DNA of 63,274 bases, the filler included. It is 5 parts of 5 records of this genome, joined end to end, with 100 filler letters (N's around TTAATTAATTAA, not from the genome) between each part and the next. Parts side by side here need not be neighbours in the genome. Positions count along the whole stretch, not along the records: positions 16,938 to 27,570 come from SRR31156797_4063; positions 27,671 to 57,870 come from SRR31156797_4064; 3 more parts are not named here. One strand, given 5' to 3'. Below are positions 21,426 through 30,666 of this stretch, one piece after another; the stretch's first letter is position 1; each line of letters opens with the position of its first letter. Both the position numbers and the translations under genes were made by a program. The notes below the pieces were generated by a model. It saw nothing but the letters and a program-made list of their open reading frames with translations. It had not been told where the DNA came from and did no database searches.

Positions 21426-21599
21426 ATGAAAGACGAAAGAGAACTGAGGGTTATTTTTGCAAAAGCAGGTAATGGAATTGGAGCTAAACTAACTGTTCCA
21501 GTACCTTGGCTTAGAAAAATGGGTGTTGACTCTGAGAAGAGAGATGTAAAAGTTATTTTTGACGATGAAACACAAACGATAACCATTCAGAAGAAATGA
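21426..21599 (+). CDS. Small AbrB/MazE/SpoVT-like DNA-binding protein (57 aa)
   Basis: RVIFAKAGNG..KLTVPVPWLRKMGV..RDVKVIFD..ITIQK swapped-hairpin pattern; RBS GAGGAGG before ATG 21426. Confidence 0.75.
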   Translation: MKDERELRVIFAKAGNGIGAKLTVPVPWLRKMGVDSEKRDVKVIFDDETQTITIQKK

Positions 21600-21664
21600 A
21601 AAATCCCCCATACAATGCCTAGACAAAGTACAGGGGTAAGCATGTTAAAATAACACACCGTAGC
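21599..21664 (-). ncRNA. Candidate ~65-nt antisense sRNA in the antirepressor leader
   Basis: Minus strand: TTGTAT (21699-94), 17 nt, TG-n-TAAAAT (21676-71), then a CCCCUGUAC/GUAUGGGGG stem followed by AUUUUU (21636-21599). Confidence 0.45.
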
Positions 21665-21718
21665 AGGTTTATTTTATCATGCTTCCTCTGAAAATACAAT
21701 ATCATAAGGAGGAATGCA

Positions 21719-22270
21719 ATGTTAGAAGTAAAGGAAACAGAGAATGGTAGAATGATATCAGCGAGAGAATTACATGCATATTTAGGAATTCATCGGAATT
21801 TTTCAAATTGGTTAAAAGAACGAATCCATAAATATCAATTTGAAGAAAATTGTGATTATCGAGAACTATGGGTTCATGCACAAACAGGAGAAATTAGTAA
21901 AAAACTTGAGAGTGCTGAAATTATGTCAGAAAATGGATATGTTAAGGATTATTACATAAGCTACAATATGGCTGAAGCGTTGTGCATAATTGAGAATACA
22001 ACACAAAGTAGAAAAGTACGAAAATATTTAATGATGTGCGAAGAGAAATATATGAACTTTATAAATGCAAAACTATATTTATTGGATGAAGGAAGAATTG
22101 ATAATGAAAAACTAAGAGCTTGGCAGGAACTACTTGATCTTTCAAAAGAGTTCGAGCCACTTCTTAAAGGCTTTACTTCATCAATGCTAAATTTGATAGA
22201 TCATGCATGTAAAGTATCAGTTGAGATGAATGATATGCAGAACGGATTAAATGGAATAGAGGAATTTTAA
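21719..22270 (+). CDS. Phage antirepressor, AntA/AntB family
   Basis: ISARELHAYLG..FSNWLKERI.KYQFEENCDY..KDYYIS..MAEALC..SRKVRKYL..CEE; RBS AAGGAGG. Confidence 0.88.
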   Translation: MLEVKETENGRMISARELHAYLGIHRNFSNWLKERIHKYQFEENCDYRELWVHAQTGEISKKLESAEIMSENGYVKDYYISYNMAEALCIIENTTQSRKVRKYLMMCEEKYMNFINAKLYLLDEGRIDNEKLRAWQELLDLSKEFEPLLKGFTSSMLNLIDHACKVSVEMNDMQNGLNGIEEF

Positions 22271-22301
22271 AAACAGAGCGGATTGATTTCCGCTCTGTTT
22301 T
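22248..22301 (+). repeat. Direct repeat copy 1 (antirepressor 3' end plus bidirectional terminator)
   Basis: TAAATGGAATAGAGGAATTTTAAAAACAGAGCGGATTGATTTCCGCTCTGTTTT; hairpin AAAACAGAGCGGA/TCCGCTCTGTTTT. Confidence 0.9.
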
Positions 22302-22312
22302 AATTTAGATAT

Positions 22313-23572
22313 TTATAATAATTTTTTATGAATCTCTCCTAAAAGTATATTCATCTCCTTTTTACTATAAGCTTTGTTATATCCTTTTAGAATTCCGAAA
22401 TAAAAACGAGGATTAAATAAGTGTGATGGAATATCTAAAAAATATTTTTCCAATTGCTTAAGTTTATTTATATCAAGCGAATAAATTTTCACTAATTCTT
22501 CGATACAATATTCATATTTTCTTATATAAAAATGATTATTGGTGGAACTGATACCAAGACTAATTTCTTTTTCAAAAGATTTCATAGCCTGATAACGATC
22601 ATTCAAAAATAGATATCCTTTACCAATACAGTAAAACTTTTGATATGGTTTCTTATTACCTTTTGTTGAAGTTGAAAGAAGAGTTTCTAATTTATTTATG
22701 CAATTTTTAACACTAATTTCTTGTTTTAAACCAACATAGTTTATGATCATGTTTGAGTAGCACATTAACTTAGTATCTTGATTATTAGTTGAATCTACTG
22801 TTTGGATGAAGTACTGATTTGATAATTCAAACTTATTTTGAAAACTATAGCAAGTAGCTATATTATTTAAGGCGTAAGCTTTTATAGTTGATTTTTCTAA
22901 AAAAGGAATAGATTCTAAATATAACGAAATTCCTTTATCAAAGGCATTATTTTTATGAAATGCTAATGCAAAATTATATAAAATTAAACCAAAACTTGAA
23001 TGTGAATGAGTTTTGAGAGTAGTATAAGTTTTTTTATATAGTTTAATTAAAAGTTCATAGTTATGAAGGTTAAGATGTATTCTTTGTAAATTTAATATAA
23101 CAGGAAAGATGTAATTAAAAGACTGTGTTTCTAATGCAATGCTTAAAATGTCTTCAAATAGAGGAAGAGAAATATCTTCTTTTTTATGCTTGTATTGAAA
23201 AAAGCAAGCTAAGGCAAAGAAGCTTCTTAACTTTTCAGAATCGAAAGAGTAATCTATAAAAATTTTTTGTAATTCCTTAATATTATCCTCTGTAGCAAAT
23301 TGGATATTTGCTATTAAATTATCAACGTATTCGACAATTTGCTCTTCTTCAGAGAGTAATAATTCTGTAGAAGTAATGTTAAAGTCAGGATCAAGAATAA
23401 TTTCATTCAACCTACTGCATATTAGTTTTGCAACATTTCCCTTAATTTTGCATTTTCCTTTTTCATATTTACCAATCATAGGAGTACTAATAATATCATT
23501 AGCTAATTCTTTTTGAGTAATACTATATTTTCTTCTGATATATTTCAATTTTTCCCCTGGAGTAAAAATCAT
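22313..23572 (-). CDS. XRE-HTH plus TPR-repeat regulator (RRNPP-like architecture)
   Basis: PGEKLKYIRRKYSITQKELA..MIGKYEKG HTH; TPR-like LYNFALAFH, ALNNIATCYS, FYCIGKGYL; start ATG 23572 after AAGGGGA. Confidence 0.8.
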   Translation of the reverse strand: MIFTPGEKLKYIRRKYSITQKELANDIISTPMIGKYEKGKCKIKGNVAKLICSRLNEIILDPDFNITSTELLLSEEEQIVEYVDNLIANIQFATEDNIKELQKIFIDYSFDSEKLRSFFALACFFQYKHKKEDISLPLFEDILSIALETQSFNYIFPVILNLQRIHLNLHNYELLIKLYKKTYTTLKTHSHSSFGLILYNFALAFHKNNAFDKGISLYLESIPFLEKSTIKAYALNNIATCYSFQNKFELSNQYFIQTVDSTNNQDTKLMCYSNMIINYVGLKQEISVKNCINKLETLLSTSTKGNKKPYQKFYCIGKGYLFLNDRYQAMKSFEKEISLGISSTNNHFYIRKYEYCIEELVKIYSLDINKLKQLEKYFLDIPSHLFNPRFYFGILKGYNKAYSKKEMNILLGEIHKKLL

Positions 23573-23816
23573 AATCAATTCCCCTTTCAAAATTGATATT
23601 GTCAAAAAATATTTTTTTATAAAAATTCTATTGTTAGTCAAAAATTAAATTTTTATAGAAAATAAAATTTAATTTTTGGTCAATTTACTTAAAAATTAGA
23701 CTCGTATTCAAATGTAGTATATCATAAATTAAGTAGAAATAAAAACATAGTACCAATTAAAACAATTGGAAAAACTTGGTTTGTTTGGTGGAAATGTTTA
23801 AAGCGGAAGGGGTAGT

Positions 23817-23993
23817 ATGATAAAGAAGCAAGAAAGAGATGATAAAGTAAAAGCAATTATGAAAATAGTAAAATCAGATGTAGGCGAGGATACTGAATTT
23901 TTTGAGATATATGAAAAGGTAATAGCAGATATGAACTTTGAAGAATTGGATATGGAACTGGAGCTGCTTAAAAAAGGAGAAGATCTCAAATAA
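23817..23993 (+). CDS. Small acidic hypothetical protein (58 aa), below the ORF-track cutoff
   Basis: MIKKQERDDKVKAIMKIVKSDVGEDTEFFEIYEKVIADMNFEELDMELELLKKGEDLK; RBS GGAAGGGG. Confidence 0.6.
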   Translation: MIKKQERDDKVKAIMKIVKSDVGEDTEFFEIYEKVIADMNFEELDMELELLKKGEDLK

Positions 23994-24007
23994 TGCGGGG
24001 GGGGTAT

Positions 24008-24211
24008 ATGAGGATAGGCGAAATAAAAATGATAGGAGATAAATTAATAAAATGTATTAGAAGTGATAAAGCTAGTTCGTGTAGAGGTTGTTGTTTTGAT
24101 AAAGAGAATAATTATAATTGCTTAAGGTATATGGAGAAGCTGGGAGATTGTTCTGGTATGAAAATGAATGAGAGGCAATCGGTTATATTTATAGAGCTAG
24201 AAAAGAAGTAA
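24008..24211 (+). CDS. Small Cys-rich phage-like protein
   Basis: CRGCCF..C..LGDC..RQSVIF pattern resembling small phage accessory proteins; G-rich RBS. Confidence 0.6.
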   Translation: MRIGEIKMIGDKLIKCIRSDKASSCRGCCFDKENNYNCLRYMEKLGDCSGMKMNERQSVIFIELEKK

Positions 24212-24360
24212 TAATTTCAGTATTTTTAAACATTTAGTAAAAAAGACACTGTTAAAATTAGTTGATGAAGCATGGCGGGGATGTGACGATTTATTTTATG
24301 AATAAAAAATTATTAGGATATTTAATGGGCAAAAATAAACTGAAATTTATGTAAATTAGA

Positions 24361-24415
24361 TAAATGGAATAGAAGAATTTTAAAAACAGAGCGGAACTGA
24401 TTTCCGCTCTGTTTT
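24361..24415 (+). repeat. Direct repeat copy 2 (same terminator hairpin)
   Basis: TAAATGGAATAGAAGAATTTTAAAAACAGAGCGGAACTGATTTCCGCTCTGTTTT; about 3 differences from 22248-22301. Confidence 0.9.
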
Positions 24416-24470
24416 TATGTATTAAAGAATATTTTGAAAAAATAACTTTTTAAATGCAACTGTAGCTTTG

Positions 24471-27400
24471 TTATTCAACAATATCTATATCAAAAGTATC
24501 AGAATAAGTTCCATTAGAAGCAGTAATTGTAATTGTTCCAGAAATTTCACTACTAAATCCATCAAATGTTAGATATGTTTCATCGAGAGTACCTGAGTTT
24601 CCACTACTATATGTAACAGAGACTTCAATTCCGGAATAATCTCCTTCACTAGCACCAACTAGATAAGTTGTATTAGCAGGCAATGTTGTAATACTAAATG
24701 ATGTTAAATCAAGTAGAAAGTTATGACTATTATCACTAGCATAAGTCTCAACTGTAGATCCAGCTTCTCCATATAAAATAAACTCGCTATTTGAATCTTT
24801 AAATGCATCAATTCCAATTGTTACAGTTGAGCTTGGAATATAGGCTTCAGTTAATGTTGAATCACCTTCAAAAGCATTACTTCCTATGGACTCAATATTA
24901 CTTGGTAGAGAGATACTGGTTAAGCTATGGAAAATAAATGCGTTATCTCCAATATTAGTAATTGAATCAGGGAAAGAGACACTCGTTACTCCCATTTCAT
25001 AAAATGCGTCATTTCCTATAGTTGTAACAGGATATCCCTCTATAGTTTCTGGAATTACTACATCGGTGTCATAACCAGAATCAATTGTAACTTCGTCTGA
25101 AATTATTGAGTAGCTGAAGCTACTAGTATAGTTAGTATAGATATTTACATCGAAAGTATCAGAATGCCCCTCATATGTAACTGTTACTGTTACGACACCT
25201 TCTGAGCTACTATCAAATCCAGAGATGGTCAATAATTCATTGCTAACAATTATAGAATCTTCATTGTCATAATTTGCAGTAACTTCCAGACCTGCGTTAT
25301 CAAATGCCTCACCAACAAGATATGAAGTATCATAAGGCTCAACATTTATTAGAATATCAGTCACTGATGGTGCAACAATATCAATTGCAAATGTATCAAA
25401 GAACGTATCGTGTGTTGCAGTTACAGTAATAGTACCTGCTGTAGAACTGACAAATCCTGTAAATGTAAGATATGAGCCATCGATTGTTCCCATATTTCCA
25501 CTACTATATGTAACACTTGCTTCCAGACCTGTATAATTAAATGCATCGCCTACATAGAAAGTAGTAGTTGGTGTTGCTGAGATACCTAATGATGCTAAGT
25601 TAAGAACAAAATCATGTCCGTTTGTATTTGCGTATGTTTCTGCATCAGATTCAGCTTCCCCATAAATTGCAAAAGTTCTGTTTCCAAGGGTTCCGGACAT
25701 ATAGAATATATCACTGCCAAATGATGTAACACTAACAGGAATATATGCTGTTTCCAGATAGTCATTATATTGTAAAGCACCATTTCCGATAGTTGTAACA
25801 GTGTCTGGGATAGTAATTGTAGTAAAGCTATTACCTTTCAAGACTCCTTCATTTATTTGTGTAATGGTGCTAGGGAATGTAATGGTCGCTAAGCTATTAT
25901 CTGCAAAAGCGTAATTCCCAATGCTCGTAGCGGAGTCAGGTAAACTAATATTTCCTAAGTTATTACCTGAGAAAGCATACTCGCCAATATTTGTAAGTGT
26001 AGAAGGTAGAGTAACACTTGTAAAATAGTTATCTTTAAATGCGCTATCTCCAATAGTTGTTAATGAAGCCGGTAGTGAAACACTACTTAAAGATTTAGCT
26101 TCAAATGAATTGGCTCCAAGTATAGTAACAGTTTCTCCTTCAATTGTATCAGGAATAGTTACGATTGTATCAGAACCAATATAGCTTGAGATTGTGATTT
26201 CTCCTCCAGAGCTAGAGTAATTATATGCTCCGCTATAATCAATATAAACATTTACATCAAATGTAACTTGGAGATCACTATAAATTACTGAGACTGTTTT
26301 GGTCCCTTCAGTAACGCTTTCGAAGTATTCAAAATTAACATACGAGGAATCTAGTGTTTTTGAATTTCCATTATAGTATGTTGCTGTAAGAACAATTCCA
26401 CTTGTATCCAAAGATTCACCGATATAATATGATGTTTTAGTTGGCACAGTTGTGATTGCTAAAGTTTCTATATCAAGTAAGAATGTGTGACTATTACTAT
26501 TAGCATATGTTTCAGCTGTAGATCCCGCCTCACCATAAATTGTAAATTCAGTTGCAGGACTGTTGAATACATTTGTTCCGAAGCTTGTATCAGGGTTAAG
26601 TACAAATACTTCGTCCAAAGCTGAGTTGTATGCAAATGCTGAATTACTAACAGAAGTTACGCTCATAGGTAGCTCAGCAATTGCCAAACTATTATCTTGG
26701 AATGCATAACTTCCAATTGTAGTCAATGAAGCAGGGAATGCCACTTCGCTTAATGAATTATCTCTAAATGCAGAGTTTCCAATACTTGTAATAGTGCTAG
26801 GTAATGAAATACTTGTCAGACTATTATTATGAAATACTCCTTCATTAATTTGTGTTATTGAGCTTGGTAATGTTGCAGTTGCTAAACTGTTGTAAGCGAA
26901 AGCATAATTCCCAATTGTAGTAGCCGAATCAGGTAAAGCAATATTTCCTAAACTATTACCATAGAATGCATACTCACCTATTGTTGTAAGTGAGGAAGGC
27001 AAAGTAATGCTTGTAAAATAGTTGTCTTTAAATGCGCTGTCTCCAATGCTTGTGATAGTACTAGGTAATGAAATGCTATTTAAAGATTTACTTTCAAACG
27101 AATTATTTCCTATAGTAGTAACAGAAGTTCCTTCTATTGTACTAGGAATTGTAACATCCGAGTCAGAGCCAAGATAACTTGAGATAGTAACTTCTCCTCC
27201 GGTATTAGAGTAATCATATGTACTTGTGTGATTTGTATATACGTTGATATTAAATGTATCACTGAAGCCTTGATATGAAGCTGTAATTGTTAGAGCAGCT
27301 TCTGTATTACTATCAAATCCAGTAAATGTAATGTTTGAATTACTAATAACTGCTGTATTTGAATCAGTATATGTTGCTGTAGTGACCAATCCGGTTTCAT

Positions 27401-27570
27401 CAAAATTATCGCCAACTAAGTAAGTAATTTTAGTTGGTTCAGTTGTTATGTCAAGGCTAGAGAGTCCTATCATAGTAATATCGAATGTAGTATTGAGTCC
27501 ATTATATGTAGCAGTAATGGTTTGTGTCCCCGCGTTCAAATTATCAAATCCGGTAAATGTGATATTTGAA
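24471..27570 (-). CDS. BspA-type leucine-rich-repeat surface protein with bacterial Ig-like domains, 5'-truncated
   Basis: LxSITLPSSLTTIGxxAF repeats alternate with PTKxxYxVGE.LD.TGL.VTATY Ig-like modules; the frame is open to the contig edge. Confidence 0.9.
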
Positions 27571-27670
27571 NNNNNNNNNNNNNNNNNNNNNNNNNNNNNN
27601 NNNNNNNNNNNNNNTTAATTAATTAANNNNNNNNNNNNNNNNNNNNNNNNNNNNNNNNNNNNNNNNNNNN
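27571..27670. other. Artificial contig-joining spacer
   Basis: Same linker. Confidence 0.97.
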
Positions 27671-27949
27671 CTGATACATTGGCTGACCTTGCGGCGCCTG
27701 TGGCATCTGAGGAGCCTGATACATCTCCGGCTGAGGAGGCATCTGAGGCTGAGCCTGCATATACACATACCCTTCCGGTGCCTGCGGCATCTGCTGTCCG
27801 CCTACTGCATAACCGGGTGCTGCTTCTTTTGAAGCGTACATATTCTCTTCGTGGTTTTCCGGCACACTCTCAGGTGCTTCACCAAAGCCCTGTGGAGCCT
27901 GCATCTGCTCAGGTTCATGCTGAACAGTTGCTTTTTCATCTGTACACAT
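27671..27949 (-). CDS. Pro/Gln-rich protein of the P1B-ATPase cluster, 3'-truncated
   Basis: QMPQAP repeats; RBS AAGGAGG; starts 3 nt after the upstream gene's stop. Confidence 0.7.
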
Positions 27950-27952
27950 AGT

Positions 27953-28264
27953 CTAGACCTCCTTTAATATCTGGTCTGATTCATATTTCTTTATTATCTC
28001 TCTCGATACACTTTCATCTTTTGATAAAACCAAAGCCTCGAATTCGTCGGGTGAAATTATATCAGGGTCGTACCTGACAACTACTGAGCGTGCCAGCAGG
28101 TTCACCCTTGTGTCCAAAACTCCAGGCAAGGTACCGCTTATCTCTTCTAATTTCTTCCGCACCGGATCTTTAGCTATGGCTGGATTTACTTTAAGCCTCA
28201 TCCGCCCCTTTACATGATGGGCGAGCGATATATATTTCTTAGCCACCAGAAAATCTTCAAGCAT
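27953..28264 (-). CDS. HMA2-like small domain protein
   Basis: HHVKGRMRLK..LPGVLDTRVNLLARSVVVRYDP, a Cys-less HMA fold with an RxR motif; overlaps the ATPase stop. Confidence 0.8.
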   Translation of the reverse strand: MLEDFLVAKKYISLAHHVKGRMRLKVNPAIAKDPVRKKLEEISGTLPGVLDTRVNLLARSVVVRYDPDIISPDEFEALVLSKDESVSREIIKKYESDQILKEV

Positions 28265-30422
28265 CCTCTTCCTCCCCCTTTACAGGTATTTCAGGACTGT
28301 ATTTTAATAGCCTTGACGAGTTCGCCATGACTCCTAGAGTGTGTGAAATGTGGATCATACCAGCCATCACAGGGCTAAGAAGTCCTGCCGCACCCAGGAA
28401 AGCGCCGGCAATGTTAGAGCCTGTCGCCAGTGTGAAATTCTGATTGATGACTTCTTTAGTCTTTCTGCTGAGCATTCTAAGGTGCAGAATCTTCTCGAGG
28501 TCGTCGTCCACCAGTGCGATATCCGCAGCCTCTATGGCGACATCTGACCCCATAGCACCCATAGCTATACCGAGGTCTGAATCCACCAGTGCAAGCACGT
28601 CGTTTATCCCATCACCGATCATCGTAACCTTATGATCTTTCTGAATCTCTTTCACTATCTCAGCCTTCTGCTGAGGGAGAACTGATGCGTAGCACTTATC
28701 AAAGCCGAGTTTATCAGCGAGATTCTGAGCAGTGCGCTCCTCGTCTCCTGTAACCATTATCAGCTCTTTCACACCCTCTTCCCTTAGTGTCTGGATAACA
28801 TAGTCAACATTCTCTTTTATGGCGTTTTCGATGCAGATAACCCCCTGCACCTGATTGTCTTTAGCTACATATATAACTGTCTCACCCAGCTCTTTGCGGG
28901 GTTTCGCCAGCCTCTCAACATTCTTGGTGCTGAGGGAATACTTCTTCATAAGTTTTGTACTGCCGATGAAATATTCATGCCCGCCGGATTCAGCACGAAC
29001 CCCCATGCCGAGGATAGTGTCGCAAACAGCATGACTAGGGTGCGAGAGCTCCATCTCTTCCGCCTTCGCTCTTATAGCTGTGGCAACAGGGTGTCTGTTG
29101 TGAAGCTCCGCAACGTATGCACTCTCCATAACATCCACTTCCGTAAACCCCTTTGCGGGTATAACAGCTGTCACTTCCGGATAATCCGTTGTGAGGGTTC
29201 CTGTCTTATCAAAACAGAAAGACTCCTGCGAGCCCGCCTCTTCGAGATAGCGACCGCCTTTGATTAGTATCCCCTTTGATGCGGCATTATTAAGTGATGC
29301 GCTCACAGCGGAAGATGCTGAGAGGATAGTTGCGCAAGGGCAAGCCATCACCAGAAGCACAGAAAATGCCCTGTAGAAACTTCTTGTCAGAAGGAGTGTT
29401 CCGCCTGTCATTATAAAGCCTATGTTGACAAGCTTTCTTGCAAGCCTGTCCGCCTCCAGCTCAATAGGAGCTTTGCTGTCGAGGGAATCCTCAACCATAT
29501 GCAGAATCCTCGCAAGGTAAGTGCCGTCGCCAACATTTTCTGCGACTACATAGATGAGACCTTCCTGAACATAAGTTCCGGCGTAAACCTTATCACCCGC
29601 TGTCCTGTACTGAAGCTCACTCCTGCCGTTCACAGGGGCTTCGTTGACCATACCTTCACCTTTGGAGATATGACCATCAACAGATATCTTCTCACCTGTG
29701 TGTATCACCACAAGGTCACCGCTGCACACCTTCTCAACAGGCAGCTCCAGCTCAACCCCATCCTTATAAATGAATGCAGTTTTAGCTGTAACATCGAGAA
29801 TGTTTTTGACCGCTTTGCGGGATTTGTCTGCGACATATGATGACAAAAGCTCCGAGCCGCTGTTCACCCATAATATTTCAAGGGCTGTCAGAGCTTCACC
29901 AGCTACTACAGCGGAGGCGACCCCAGCCCCCAGAAAAGAGCTTAATGTCACACGCTTAGTCTCTTTGATATCTTTTGCTGATTTATAAAGAAGAGGAATC
30001 GAAAATGCGGCGGCAATCAGCCCAAGAGGAGAGAAGAGAGATTGCCCTATCACCGCATTAGTCAGTTTAGACCTGATGAAAACGCCGCCCATAACAGCAG
30101 TCAAAGCTGAAAACTCAACTGTACGTGCTTTCAGGTTTGTCTGTTTCGGGTCTGCACATTTGCATGCAGTATCCTCACCTGTAGGCGCATCAACATTTAT
30201 TGGTTTAGATTTTGATATGATTTTAATAAGGTCTGAATTGCTCAATACGACATTGTCAAATTCTACAACAATACTGCCGCATCTCACGTTACATCTAACA
30301 GATGCCACACCTTTAAGCTCAGATAGCTCAGATGCTACAGCACTTTCGAGCTCGACATTATTTTTGAGAACAGCATACTTAAAACGGGTTCTACCCTTTA
30401 TCGAATGCTTTATGCTTAACAC
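28257..30422 (-). CDS. Heavy-metal P1B-type ATPase, ferrosome-cluster-like
   Basis: N-terminal HSIKGRTRF Cys-less HMA-like domain, ACPCA, DKTGT, HP, GDGIND, last-TM HISHT; the actuator TGE motif reads NGR. Confidence 0.9.
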   Translation of the reverse strand: MLSIKHSIKGRTRFKYAVLKNNVELESAVASELSELKGVASVRCNVRCGSIVVEFDNVVLSNSDLIKIISKSKPINVDAPTGEDTACKCADPKQTNLKARTVEFSALTAVMGGVFIRSKLTNAVIGQSLFSPLGLIAAAFSIPLLYKSAKDIKETKRVTLSSFLGAGVASAVVAGEALTALEILWVNSGSELLSSYVADKSRKAVKNILDVTAKTAFIYKDGVELELPVEKVCSGDLVVIHTGEKISVDGHISKGEGMVNEAPVNGRSELQYRTAGDKVYAGTYVQEGLIYVVAENVGDGTYLARILHMVEDSLDSKAPIELEADRLARKLVNIGFIMTGGTLLLTRSFYRAFSVLLVMACPCATILSASSAVSASLNNAASKGILIKGGRYLEEAGSQESFCFDKTGTLTTDYPEVTAVIPAKGFTEVDVMESAYVAELHNRHPVATAIRAKAEEMELSHPSHAVCDTILGMGVRAESGGHEYFIGSTKLMKKYSLSTKNVERLAKPRKELGETVIYVAKDNQVQGVICIENAIKENVDYVIQTLREEGVKELIMVTGDEERTAQNLADKLGFDKCYASVLPQQKAEIVKEIQKDHKVTMIGDGINDVLALVDSDLGIAMGAMGSDVAIEAADIALVDDDLEKILHLRMLSRKTKEVINQNFTLATGSNIAGAFLGAAGLLSPVMAGMIHISHTLGVMANSSRLLKYSPEIPVKGEEEDA

Positions 30423-30562
30423 ACTAACCGCCTTTTAAACCTGAGCCCGAATCAGGTTTTATGCTAGTATGTCAACCCTTACGCTTATTCAATGAAATCC
30501 TATTAAGAGGCAAAAGTCAAGCCTTAATTAAACAAAAAACTCTTTTACTACCAAGATAATAG

Positions 30563-30581
30563 AGTATTGATTATCATTATC
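30563..30581. promoter_or_regulatory. Fur box upstream of the P1B-ATPase operon
   Basis: AGTATTGATTATCATTATC, 16/19 to GATAATGATWATCATTATC. Confidence 0.78.
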
Positions 30582-30666
30582 ACGTTGTTATGTTTACTAT
30601 TTTGATAATTGCACAGGATAGGGCTAGAACATATAAGGTCATGAGCACTATAACTAATTTAGTGAA

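Noticed and set aside
23798-23989. 63-aa Ser-rich minus-strand ORF as the signalling peptide for the HTH-TPR protein
   Set aside because: It is the antisense of the RBS-bearing plus-strand ORF 23817-23993 and has no N-terminal signal peptide.
22248-24415. CRISPR array or IS ends
   Set aside because: Only two copies, 2.1 kb apart, in direct orientation, with no cas gene or transposase between them.
28257-30422. Naming the ATPase fezB or copA
   Set aside because: It has CPC rather than the SCA motif of FezB and lacks CxxC metal-binding domains and the CopA YN/MxxSS motifs.
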